Shown: positions 38,301 to 47,232 of the stretch, piece after piece
How the letters are laid out: each line of letters starts with the position of its first letter
Position numbering within the stretch: the stretch's first letter is position 1
Assembly (NCBI GenBank): GCA_964426555.1
Contig: CAYRQJ010000004.1
Location: forward strand, 19,109 to 83,108
DNA from: an uncultured Candidatus Saccharibacteria bacterium
Lineage (GTDB): Bacteria > Patescibacteriota > Minisyncoccia > Phycocordibacterales > UBA9973
Reading direction: 5' to 3'
Length of the DNA: 64,000 nt
Notes under the pieces: generated by a model
What the model saw: the letters and a program-made list of their open reading frames with translations, nothing else
Database searches by the model: none
Told to the model about the DNA's origin: nothing
Made by a program: the position numbers and the translations under genes

Positions 38301-39322
38301 CCAAAAATAAGATTACCAATAGATAGTTGGTTATCACCACCAGCTGTTGGTAAATCAATATCGTAGCCAATAATAATATTATTGTCAGCACCAGTAGTTA
38401 AATTATTTGCGGCTTGGTAACCAATAAAAATATTATTTGCAAATACATCACCACCTTCATTTGCATTAGTACCAGCTCTGGCACCCAAAACAACATTATA
38501 TCCACCAGAAGTGTTACTATATAATCCTCTATTTCCAAAAATAGTATTATAACTACCGGTATTAAAAGGTGCAGAAGAACTACCAACCGCAGTATTGTAA
38601 CTACCGCTAATATTGTAAAGTAAAGACAAACTTCCAACACCAACATTGGCTTGTCCTGTTGTGTTGTTGTATAAAGCACCGTTACCAGCAACAGCTGTAT
38701 TATCTACTCCGGTTGTATTATTTTTTAAAGCGTTATATCCAATACCCGCATTTGAATATCCTGTGGTTACACTATTTAAAGCATTTTTACCAAATCCAGA
38801 ATTATAGCTTCCTTGCCAAGAACTAGTAGCCGTAGAACCCATTGTTAAATTACCAGCACTTTCACCAACAAAAGTACTTGACCCCTCAGTTGTCACTGTT
38901 CCATTGTTTCCATAAGTAAAATTATGAATGAACGTATTTGCCCCTTTGTAAATTATTCCGTATTGTGCAGCAAAACTTGTATCTGGTATTCGGAAGTTTT
39001 TTGTAATTTCTAATTGTTGATTTGGCGTATTCGTCCCTATACCTAATCTATTATTTGTATCATCCCAAAAGAAGTTTGTATTATCTTGTGTTAATGTAGA
39101 ACCATCAGAAAAAGCTATAGAGCCAGTTGTAAGAGTTGGTAGAATTGATACATAACAGTTAGCATCACCAGGTGCACAAGTAGGATCAAGCATAGCGTCA
39201 GATGGTATATATGGTAAACCAAAAGCTACTCCAGTACCAAAAATACTAAATATCACTGTGGCAATAATGAATTGTTTATTGTATTTAAGCCACTTTATCA
39301 TAACTATAATCTTGTCCCACAA
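35390..39322 (-). CDS. giant repetitive cell-surface fibre-like protein (1310 aa) with C-terminal intramolecular-chaperone (Peptidase_S74-like) domain and Pro/Thr-rich tail
   Basis: N-terminal signal-anchor identical to paralog; arrays of about 14-15 aa NTA[VI]G..[AS]L.[NS]N repeats (beta-helix/fibre-like); C-terminal TSDERLKHNI...LRPVSFEWNED...VGLIAQEMAQVFPDLV; ends TPTPDPTPD... Confidence 0.85.
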   Translation of the reverse strand: MWDKIIVMIKWLKYNKQFIIATVIFSIFGTGVAFGLPYIPSDAMLDPTCAPGDANCYVSILPTLTTGSIAFSDGSTLTQDNTNFFWDDTNNRLGIGTNTPNQQLEITKNFRIPDTSFAAQYGIIYKGANTFIHNFTYGNNGTVTTEGSSTFVGESAGNLTMGSTATSSWQGSYNSGFGKNALNSVTTGYSNAGIGYNALKNNTTGVDNTAVAGNGALYNNTTGQANVGVGSLSLLYNISGSYNTAVGSSSAPFNTGSYNTIFGNRGLYSNTSGGYNVVLGARAGTNANEGGDVFANNIFIGYQAANNLTTGADNNIIIGYDIDLPTAGGDNQLSIGNLIFGTGIDGTGTTVSTGSIGIGTATPLAKLDVNGEALINGLRLGRGPSNDNTNTIFGYQAFNVNDSGYNNVAIGYRTLYSNDYGESNVAIGVDALKNGTGAAYSIAIGHGALENYDGSGAIAIGYGALQDATGGSGVAIGSGALGNSTGSDNIGIGDSAASHASGSGNTILGQSAGGGGAFSGSNNIFIGKNAGLGWSSADHNIMIGYDIEPQDYTQDNTLNIGNLIFGTGIDGVNATLSTGNIGIGIATPNEQLEITKNFRMPATSFAAQYGIIYKDGNRFIHDFNYGNNGAVTTSGGNTFVGESSGNFTIGSTATLVWEGSYNSAVGKNTMSALTTGHSNVAFGADTMAANTTGKANTALGKASMYYNTTGSDNTAVGQQSLFNLSTGSYNSGVGEYALSGVTTGTNNASLGYSSGNNTSTGTYNIALGTYALTANYLGSYNTVIGGHAWVATVADTTVSGNTAVGHNTTRLFATGADGNSLFGYQAGNNITTGSYNIVIGYDIDAPTATSTNTMTIGNLIFGTGIDGTGTTLSTGNIGIGDASPAAKFTVGDGDLFQVNSSGAIAAATGITSSGNITFSTLTSGSVPFTGTGGLISQDNSNFFWDDTNNRLGILTATPSYPLDISNGGITMMLGADNTLNTRTNVTDKNARIVGPHYTNAEEPVALFNYTSSSAVTNFGIGGGSSLTNAVTTITFYTAANTTTTTGTDRMTIISDGKVGIGDTTPDYGLDVVADINTDDCFREAGAQVAGTCTSDERLKHNITSLTGSLEKVMQLRPVSFEWNEDIESLGGTLRYVSGRQVGLIAQEMAQVFPDLVKEKNGYYAVSYNLELQMIALNAIQELNLKVTDLSSLDTTKENSLANKIKIFLADVGNNIEVIFTKLINADKVQTKELCVGSVCVNEEQFLQMVNQSGITPSPASNPTPDLSPTPDPTPTPDPTPDSTPTPDPAPTPDPDPAPTPDPEPAPEPVI

Positions 39323-39412
39323 ATAAAGAGTAATCTTGATTTATGTTATGTATATTATACCAAAAAAATCGTTTAATCTTAAACGATTTTTGGGGTTAAA
39401 TGGGGATAAGTA
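39024..39412. repeat. about 390-bp direct repeat (copy B): 5' coding end plus promoter/terminator of fibre gene B, about 95% identical to 44916-45305
   Basis: Direct comparison of the two DNA stretches shows near-identity including the first about 290 coding nt and about 100 nt upstream. Confidence 0.85.
39340..39392 (-). promoter_or_regulatory. terminator hairpin (AAATCGTTTAAGATTAAACGATTT + U7) fused to extended -10 promoter (TGGTATAAT) for fibre gene B
   Basis: On minus strand: perfect 11-bp stem, 7 T, then TGgTATAAT with TTTAAG 18 nt upstream; gene start about 30-40 nt downstream. Confidence 0.6.
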
Positions 39413-39431
39413 ATGAGAGAAATTAGCTAAA

Positions 39432-42400
39432 TTATTCGGTTGTTGTTTCAGTATTAATTACTGGGTCTTCGTTAACTGTTTGGGTTGGTATTTCAGGAAT
39501 AGGTGGTGTTTCAACAGTTGAATTATCAGTATTTTCTTCAATATTTTGGTTCTCTTGTGTAGTATCTGTATTTGGTACTGGGTCAGGTGTTGGGGTTGGT
39601 TCAGGAGTTGAATCAGGAGTTGGTGTTACGTTTTGTGATTGTAATAGCTGTTGTAATTCTTGTTTTGTAATACAAACATCATCAATACAAAGTTTTTTAG
39701 TGTAAACTTCGTCAACAAAAATTGATTGAATTCCGTTCCCTACATCACTCAAGAATATTTTTATACGACTAGCTAAACTATTTTCTTTTGCGGGGTCAAG
39801 AGAATTTAAATCGGTAATTTTTAAATCTAAGTCTTGAATACTTTTAACAATTAATGGAGTTAGTTGAGAATAAGAAACTTTCCAATACTCATCTGGGTTA
39901 GACGGAATGATAACAGCATCAGGGTATGCATTGTACAATTCTTGAGCAACAAAACCATGAACACGAACATTTGGCTCTCGAATATATGAAAAATCTCTTA
40001 CCTTTATATCCATTAAGTTTCTTAGACTTAGACCAGTATCAACAATGTCTTGCTTTAGTCTTTGGTCAGAAGTTGTGGTTAATGTTAGTGTACCGGTTAC
40101 CAAAGACACAGTTCCAACATCACCACCGTCACCATCGTTAAACTGAATCCATTTACCAGCACTAGGAGTGTCTGCTCCGGCTTGATTGACTATACCAAAA
40201 CGGTAAAAATCATTACAATCGATTAAAAAATTTGAAGAATAATCAGCAGCATCCTCAAGAACAGTAAGCCTGTGTGTACCCAAAGTCACACTTCCGATTG
40301 TTGTTTTACCTAGGTTGGTCCAGTTCCCAGCGTCATCTAAATATGCAATAGATGATGAACTAGAATTAAGAGCATGTATGTTTTTTGTTGATGATGTTGC
40401 ACCTTGACCTTTAATCATTAATCTTGTGCTACCTATACCACCATTACTAGTATTACCAATAAAAGCATTACCATTAACATCAAAATCATTAACCGGAGAC
40501 ATTGATACACCAACTCTTCCACCAAAATATGCTGCATAATTATTAGTAGCTCCAGTAGGAACCTCAACATAAAGGCCGTACGCATTTGTTGCACTCGATA
40601 CAGAACTACCTTGTTGAATATACAACCCAATTGAATTTGTTATACTTGCATTTGTACTTTTAATAGGGGCGCCAGCAATAGCCATTGTTGCAGCATTAGT
40701 TATAGTACTTGCCCCCACAAATGAATATGTTGGTTGAGTTATTAATACTTCTCTTTGGGTTGCTATTGCACCTGTTGCCCATTGTCTACCCGCAGTAGTT
40801 AAAGTTAGTGATGGAATCTCAGTTGAGGCTGTTTGATTTGTATTAACAGCACCAGTGTACACAATACCTTTTAATGCACCAGTACTAGTAATAGTCTGAG
40901 CAACCTCAAGTTTGCCAGTGGGTGCAGCTATGCCTATACCAATATTTCCTGTTGATACAGTTGTGCCAGTTCCATCTATTCCAGTACCAAAGATAAGGTT
41001 ACCAATGGATAATTGGCTATCAGTTGTTGCGGATGGTGCATCGATATTATAACCAATTACAATATTTTTAGAACCGGTAGTTAATGCATCACCAGCTTGC
41101 CAACCTAATAAAATATTATAATCACCACTTGTCGCAGCAAGTCCTGAACCATAGCCAATAGATGTATTACCAGTACCCGATGTTGAAGTAAACAAGGCTT
41201 TATAACCAATCCCAATTGATTGATCTGCTGTAGTATTGGTTAATGATTGACTACCAAATACTTGATTACCAATACCCACATTGTCAGTACCGATCGTTTC
41301 AACTGCTGCATGATACCCTAAATAGACGTTATCAGAACTAGTTGTAATTGCTGCACCTGCTAAATATTCACTGGCCATAGCTTCTTGCCCAATTACAACA
41401 TTTCGAAAACCAACAAGTGAATATCCTGCGGCTGAACCCATCAACACATTTCCTCCACTGGTACCACTGGTTGTAATATTGAACCCAGAAGATTCTCCAA
41501 TAGAGATGTTATTACTACTTGTTGAAATATTTCTAAGTGCATCTTTATTTATAGCTACGTTAGAATAACCAGAACTAAGTGGTTGCGCAGCAGCAGCTCC
41601 AATTGCAACATTAAACTGTCCACTAGACAGATTTAACATTGTATTGTCACCAATAGAAATATTTCTATCTCCAGTTGCTGAAGAGTTAAGAGAATTACCA
41701 ATACCGATATTTGAATATGGAGTTACTCCTGTAGATGCAGTTCTGTGAATATACCAGTCACCTGCAACGCTACGAATTCCTGTATCCATAGTTGCTGTTG
41801 TAAATCTTAGTTCAGCGGTAGAAGAAGAGAGTGTGACAGATGCACCAGTTGTACTAACAGCTCCAGTTGAAGTAACTTGGAATTGTGATGTTGATCCAAC
41901 AGAAAACATATTTGTTGGGCTTGTATTCCCACCAATATTTACAAGCCCGCCAGTAGATATTCGCATTCTTTCAACACCAAGTGCTCCATTGTTTGTTCCA
42001 AAAACAATATTTCCACTATAAGTATTAATAACAAAATTAGTTACAGCTCCGCCTATTTGAAAACCAGCTTGACCTGTAGCACCTAAAGACATCTCATTAT
42101 AACCACCACTGGAACCATTTATAAAAAATTTTGCATAGTTTGAACCACTACCACCATTTGCATTGTATAAAGTTAAATCTGGAGTCCCAGTGGTTGATGT
42201 GTTTTCAATTAATATTTTTGTTTGTGTAGCATCGGCGTCTTTAATTAACAAAGCTTCTCCTGGAGCAGTAGCTCCAGTACCTATACCTACACGACCAGTA
42301 TCACGAAAAGTAACAAAAGCAGTACCGTTATCTTTAATTAAGAAATCCCCAGTTGAAGTTAAATCAACAAACGAATCAGTAGAAGTACCAGCAGTTAATG

Positions 42401-45215
42401 AATATATTCCAGATGATGTTATACCAGTCGCAGCTGCTATTGCACCAGATGAATTGACTTGAAATAAATCACCATCACCAACTGTAAACTTTGCTGCAGG
42501 ACTTGCATCACCGATACCCACATTCCCAGTTGAAAGTGTAGTCCCTGTGCCATCTATTCCTGTACCAAAGATTAAGTTACCAATAGACATTTGACCATCT
42601 GTCGTATTGCTTGGTGCGTCAATGTCATAACCAATGACAATATTCTTGTCACCAGTTGTTATTGCATTACCAGCAGCATAACCAATAGCGATGTTGTTTG
42701 CAGCGTCCCCCATACTTTGACCAGCACCAAAACCTATCAAAGTGTTGCCATCAGCAGCTAAATTTAGGCCAGCAATAGTACCAATTATTGTTGAATAATT
42801 AATTGCAGCGGTTGTTTGTCTTGCTGCACCATATCCAATAACTACATTGTCAGCACCAGCTCCATCACGAAGAACGGCTGAACCAATGGCTACGTTTTCA
42901 TTACCCGAACTTGTAAACATTGCTCTGTAACCCATAACTATGTTATCACTATCTCCAGCTAATCCTGATCCGGCTTCATAACCAATAGCAATGTTATCAC
43001 TACCTGTTGTAGAAATACCATTCATGGCACTTGTACCAATAGCAATGTTTTGCGATGCTGTTGTTAATGCATTTAAAGACGATACACCAATACCAATGTT
43101 ATTAGCTCCTTCGGTTACAAGTCTTAAACCACTAATACCCACATTATTACCACCACTTGTTGTGTCTTGTCCTGAATATTGACCAACACCACCTGCGCGA
43201 CCGGCAAAGAAATTGTTTGAGCCTGTTGTTACAGCACTAAATGTTCCCTGGTTTAAAACAGTATTAAGTAATGTTGTATCAAAACGAAGAGCAAATACTC
43301 CACCTATTTTATATCCATTAGTTAATACTCCAGTACTTGATGTGTTAAAGAAACCCGTAGCGCTACTAATCACAGCAGAAGCCCCTGAGCCTGACAATGT
43401 TAGTGCCGCACCAGTTGAATCTAATGTTTTTGCTCCGGCAAAAGTTTGTGTACCTGTTGTAACAACACCACCAAATGAAGCGGAAGCTGGTTCAAGATTT
43501 AAAGTAACCCCAGAAATAGTAGCGCCATTTGAATTTGCTGATGAACCAATAACCCCAATAGTTGTAACACCACCAGATGCTGCTGCCCATGTTAATGTTC
43601 CTGATCCATTATTTGTTAAAACATAACCACTGGCTCCAGCCTGAGATCCGGGCCATGTATAAGTAACATTATTTATTTTTACGATATTCCCAGATGAATC
43701 AACTTGGAATAGGTCTCCATTACCTACGGTTAATAATGAGGCAGGAGTAGTATCCCCAATACCTAAATTACCGGAATTAATTACTCGAATTTTTTCAGTT
43801 AAAGAACCACTAGTTGTTGTTGAGAAAGAAATATATCCAGTATTATTTACTCGGTTTTGGAAATAAAATTGCCCAGCATTAGAAGCTGCAGATTGACTGA
43901 ATCCTCCAACACGATAATTCACAGTTCCTGGCCATGCTCCTTCTCGTAAATCAAGTAATGTTTGATTTGTCCCTGCAACATCTTGCATTACAAATTGAGC
44001 TGCACCACTTGTTGCCCCTGCACGAATAGTCACATCTCCACTGGCTGTCATAACGTCTAATCTTACATTAGGTGATGCAATACCTATACCGATATTTCCA
44101 CTGGAAACTGATGTCCCTGTTCCATCAATACTTGTACCAAAGATTAAGTTACCAATAGATAATTGATTATCACCACTGGCAGTTGGTAAATCAATATCGT
44201 AGCCGATAATAATATTATTACCCGCACCTGATGTTGCATTATTAGCAGCTTGATATCCAATAAAAATATTATTGTCTAAATTACCAGTCCCACCAGTATT
44301 ATAACCAGAATCATATCCCAAGGAAACATTATTACTACCACCAGTATTTGAACGTAATGCATTTAACCCCATTCCAATATTGTAATTACCAGTTGAATTA
44401 TTGTATAAAACATTTCCCCCTATACCAGTATTATATAAACCAGTATTGTTATACAAAGCATTTGTACCGACGGCAGTATTATACCCAGTTGTACTATTTG
44501 AATACAGAGCATTGACCCCAACTGCAGTATTTCCACTACTAGTAGTATTATTTCTTAAGGCATATACACCAAACGCAGCATTAGATACTCCACTACTATT
44601 ATTTTCTAAAGACTGTTTACCAACAGCTGTATTGTCTACACCACCAATATTTGAATATAACGTCCTGTATCCAACAGCAGTACTACCATTCCCTGTATTT
44701 GTATAAAGAGCAGTATATCCAATTGCAGTATTTTGAAGAGCAGAAACTGAACTATATAAAGTCTGATAACCCACGGCAGTATTTTGACTACCATTAGTAT
44801 TTGAATTTAAAGTTTGATAACCCACTGCGGTATTTGTAGCAACACTACCAGCACCAAGACCAACACGAATATTATTTAATAAAACATCAGATCCAGAAAC
44901 TTCAAGTTTATAAGTAGGCGTATTCGTTCCTATCCCTAATCTATCATTTGTATCATCCCAAAAGAAATTTGTATTATCTTGTGTTAATGTAGAACCATCA
45001 GAAAAAGCTATAGACCCGGTAGTAAGCGTTGGTAGAATTGACACATAACAGTTAGCATCACCTGGTGCACATGTAGGATCAAGCATAGCGTCAGATGGTA
45101 TATATGGTAAACCAAAAGCTACTCCAGTACCAAAAATACTAAAGATCACTGTGGCAATAATGAATTGTTTATTGTATCTAAGCCACTTTATCATAACTAT
45201 AATCTTGTCCCACAA
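39432..45215 (-). CDS. giant repetitive cell-surface fibre-like protein (1927 aa), paralog of 35390..39322
   Basis: N-terminal 95 aa identical to paralog except 2 residues; long NTA[VI]G/NN[IV][SA][IL]G repeat arrays; shared 40-aa block NIGIGDASPAAKFTVGDGDLFQVNSSGAIAAATGITSSG; C-terminal TTSDQRLKQDIV...VRDFSYI...HGFVAQELYNAYPDAV chaperone domain; PT/E-rich tail. Confidence 0.85.
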   Translation of the reverse strand: MWDKIIVMIKWLRYNKQFIIATVIFSIFGTGVAFGLPYIPSDAMLDPTCAPGDANCYVSILPTLTTGSIAFSDGSTLTQDNTNFFWDDTNDRLGIGTNTPTYKLEVSGSDVLLNNIRVGLGAGSVATNTAVGYQTLNSNTNGSQNTAVGYQTLYSSVSALQNTAIGYTALYTNTGNGSTAVGYRTLYSNIGGVDNTAVGKQSLENNSSGVSNAAFGVYALRNNTTSSGNTAVGVNALYSNSTTGYNTAVGTNALYNNTGLYNTGIGGNVLYNNSTGNYNIGMGLNALRSNTGGSNNVSLGYDSGYNTGGTGNLDNNIFIGYQAANNATSGAGNNIIIGYDIDLPTASGDNQLSIGNLIFGTSIDGTGTSVSSGNIGIGIASPNVRLDVMTASGDVTIRAGATSGAAQFVMQDVAGTNQTLLDLREGAWPGTVNYRVGGFSQSAASNAGQFYFQNRVNNTGYISFSTTTSGSLTEKIRVINSGNLGIGDTTPASLLTVGNGDLFQVDSSGNIVKINNVTYTWPGSQAGASGYVLTNNGSGTLTWAAASGGVTTIGVIGSSANSNGATISGVTLNLEPASASFGGVVTTGTQTFAGAKTLDSTGAALTLSGSGASAVISSATGFFNTSSTGVLTNGYKIGGVFALRFDTTLLNTVLNQGTFSAVTTGSNNFFAGRAGGVGQYSGQDTTSGGNNVGISGLRLVTEGANNIGIGVSSLNALTTASQNIAIGTSAMNGISTTGSDNIAIGYEAGSGLAGDSDNIVMGYRAMFTSSGNENVAIGSAVLRDGAGADNVVIGYGAARQTTAAINYSTIIGTIAGLNLAADGNTLIGFGAGQSMGDAANNIAIGYAAGNAITTGDKNIVIGYDIDAPSNTTDGQMSIGNLIFGTGIDGTGTTLSTGNVGIGDASPAAKFTVGDGDLFQVNSSGAIAAATGITSSGIYSLTAGTSTDSFVDLTSTGDFLIKDNGTAFVTFRDTGRVGIGTGATAPGEALLIKDADATQTKILIENTSTTGTPDLTLYNANGGSGSNYAKFFINGSSGGYNEMSLGATGQAGFQIGGAVTNFVINTYSGNIVFGTNNGALGVERMRISTGGLVNIGGNTSPTNMFSVGSTSQFQVTSTGAVSTTGASVTLSSSTAELRFTTATMDTGIRSVAGDWYIHRTASTGVTPYSNIGIGNSLNSSATGDRNISIGDNTMLNLSSGQFNVAIGAAAAQPLSSGYSNVAINKDALRNISTSSNNISIGESSGFNITTSGTSGGNVLMGSAAGYSLVGFRNVVIGQEAMASEYLAGAAITTSSDNVYLGYHAAVETIGTDNVGIGNQVFGSQSLTNTTADQSIGIGYKALFTSTSGTGNTSIGYGSGLAATSGDYNILLGWQAGDALTTGSKNIVIGYNIDAPSATTDSQLSIGNLIFGTGIDGTGTTVSTGNIGIGIAAPTGKLEVAQTITSTGALKGIVYTGAVNTNQTASTEIPSLTLTTAGRQWATGAIATQREVLITQPTYSFVGASTITNAATMAIAGAPIKSTNASITNSIGLYIQQGSSVSSATNAYGLYVEVPTGATNNYAAYFGGRVGVSMSPVNDFDVNGNAFIGNTSNGGIGSTRLMIKGQGATSSTKNIHALNSSSSSIAYLDDAGNWTNLGKTTIGSVTLGTHRLTVLEDAADYSSNFLIDCNDFYRFGIVNQAGADTPSAGKWIQFNDGDGGDVGTVSLVTGTLTLTTTSDQRLKQDIVDTGLSLRNLMDIKVRDFSYIREPNVRVHGFVAQELYNAYPDAVIIPSNPDEYWKVSYSQLTPLIVKSIQDLDLKITDLNSLDPAKENSLASRIKIFLSDVGNGIQSIFVDEVYTKKLCIDDVCITKQELQQLLQSQNVTPTPDSTPEPTPTPDPVPNTDTTQENQNIEENTDNSTVETPPIPEIPTQTVNEDPVINTETTTE

Positions 45216-45305
45216 ATTAAGAATAATCTTGATTTATGTTATGTATATTATACCAAAAAAATCGTTTAAGATTAAACGATTTTTGGGTAAATGTGGGGAT
45301 AAATA
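44916..45305. repeat. about 390-bp direct repeat (copy A), partner of 39024-39412
   Basis: See partner; includes 5' coding end of gene A and its upstream terminator/promoter module. Confidence 0.85.
45233..45285 (-). promoter_or_regulatory. terminator hairpin (pheT) fused to extended -10 promoter for fibre gene A
   Basis: Same AAATCGTTTAAGATTAAACGATTT hairpin + T-run + TGGTATAAT as at 39340-39392. Confidence 0.6.
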
Positions 45306-45326
45306 ATTGGTTAAAATAAAATTTAT

Positions 45327-47228
45327 TTATCTTATTTCAAGCCCGGAAATTTGCTTTAAATTAGCTTCTATTTTTTGCATAACTTCAGCTATTTCTGTGT
45401 CGGTTAAAGTCCTGTCTTTTGCTTGAAAAACCATTCGGAATGCGTAAGAATTTTTACCATCTTTACTAAATTTATCAAACAAGTTTGGGCCTACTACAAC
45501 AAGTTCATTGATACTATTTTTTATATTTTCTAAAACTACATCATCTGTTATATCAACTGGCACCCATACTGAAATGTCGCGAGTTATAAATGGGTATTGG
45601 GACCAAGGAGTAAAGGTTCTAGTTTCTAGCTTATAGTTGCTAGTTGAAGCGGAATCAGTGAATGGAATATTACTCACAACCTCGCCTGCTCTATCTGTTA
45701 AATTTTTAGTAAGAATAGATGCAAAATCTATTAAATTAGATTCTTGCACTTCGCTTTTATTCGCATATGCAACATGTATTTCTTCAGTATCATTTATAAA
45801 TACAGTTCCAATTTCAAAGATTTTTATTTCATTTTGGTTCAACAATGGTGCATTATTTTTGTTTAACTCGTAAGACGTCCTTAACCCATCGGTTAAATTG
45901 GTTCGTAGAAAATCTTTACCTTTGGCACCACGAGCTATTTGAATATCCCCTTTTTTACAAAAAGAATATGTCATAACTTCGTTATAACCATTTGATATTA
46001 AATCATTTCTAATGCTTTCTATTTTATTGTATTGTTCATTTTCTTTTGCAGTAAAAATATTTTTTATATCAGGCATTATTGGGACTAATTTGTCGTAACC
46101 ATAAATACGTCCAATTTCTTCTACCATATCTATTTCACTTTCTAAATCAAGACGAAAAACAGGTGCTGTTACTTTAAATGTACCAGCATTAAAAACATAT
46201 TCATATTTATAATTTTTTAAAATATTTTCTATATCAACATCTGTAATACTGCTACCCAATTTTTTATTTACCAAATTTGATGTGAAAGAAATTATTCTTT
46301 CAACTTGGGCTACTGGATACACATCTACAACTTCTTCTAAGACTGCATCGGGACACATCTCGCAAATCAATGCCGATAATTCAAGCATTCCAAAATCACA
46401 TAATTCTGGGGTTAAATTATTTTCAAATCTTTTTGCAGCATCAGATAGTACTCCTATTCTACGAGCGGTTTTACGAATACAAATTGGGTCAAAATTCCCT
46501 ACTTCTAAAACAATGTCCACGGTATCATCCTGGATTCCTGAATTTACTCCACCCTTTATGCCACCCAGTGCTAATGTCTCACCACCAGAATTAGTGATTA
46601 CTAAATCAGTTTCTTTTAGTTTTGCAACTATGGCGTCGCGCCCAACTAAAGTTAGCTCTTCATCCACCCCTGCATTTGTAATAACAATTTTTTGATCAGA
46701 AAATTTACGTAAATCAAAAGCATGTGTTGGTTGCCCGCAATTTAGCATTACTAAATTTGTAGCGTCTACAATGTTATTAATACTGCGTTGTCCTGCATTT
46801 TCCAAATGTTTTACTACCCAATCAGGTGATGGCCCAACTTTAATATTGCGCACTATTCTAGCAGAATATCTACGACAAGAATTTGTTTGAATATCAATTT
46901 GTAAATTAGTTTTTTGTATTTCTTTCTTTGCTAAAATTTTGTCATAGCCATCTTTTGTTTCAACAAAGTTTAAACCAAGTTGACCAGAAATTTCCAAAGC
47001 TACACCTTTGTGAGAAAGTAAATCATGCGCACGATTAGGTAAAATGTTTACATCCAATATCCAATCTGAAATCTCGTTAGAGGCAGGATCTGTTTCAATA
47101 GATCCGTCGGCTCTAATCGGGACTAATCCTTCTACTTCCGTAAGATGGTACGTTAAAACATCGTGCAGTTTTTCTGCATCTGGAGCATCGGGTATATACC
47201 ATTTTAACCAGTTATAAGATATTTTCAT
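45327..47228 (-). CDS. pheT: phenylalanyl-tRNA synthetase beta subunit (short, 633 aa)
   Basis: MKISYNWLKWYIP N-terminus, B3/4 and B5 regions; lacks N-terminal tRNA-binding domain present in the 795-aa E. coli protein. Confidence 0.9.
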   Translation of the reverse strand: MKISYNWLKWYIPDAPDAEKLHDVLTYHLTEVEGLVPIRADGSIETDPASNEISDWILDVNILPNRAHDLLSHKGVALEISGQLGLNFVETKDGYDKILAKKEIQKTNLQIDIQTNSCRRYSARIVRNIKVGPSPDWVVKHLENAGQRSINNIVDATNLVMLNCGQPTHAFDLRKFSDQKIVITNAGVDEELTLVGRDAIVAKLKETDLVITNSGGETLALGGIKGGVNSGIQDDTVDIVLEVGNFDPICIRKTARRIGVLSDAAKRFENNLTPELCDFGMLELSALICEMCPDAVLEEVVDVYPVAQVERIISFTSNLVNKKLGSSITDVDIENILKNYKYEYVFNAGTFKVTAPVFRLDLESEIDMVEEIGRIYGYDKLVPIMPDIKNIFTAKENEQYNKIESIRNDLISNGYNEVMTYSFCKKGDIQIARGAKGKDFLRTNLTDGLRTSYELNKNNAPLLNQNEIKIFEIGTVFINDTEEIHVAYANKSEVQESNLIDFASILTKNLTDRAGEVVSNIPFTDSASTSNYKLETRTFTPWSQYPFITRDISVWVPVDITDDVVLENIKNSINELVVVGPNLFDKFSKDGKNSYAFRMVFQAKDRTLTDTEIAEVMQKIEANLKQISGLEIR

Positions 47229-47232
47229 AAAA

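Noticed and set aside
35390-45215. Possibility that the highly repetitive DNA in the fibre genes is a CRISPR array or satellite
   Set aside because: Repeats are in-frame coding repeats of variable length within long intact ORFs; no short direct repeats with unique spacers; no cas genes.
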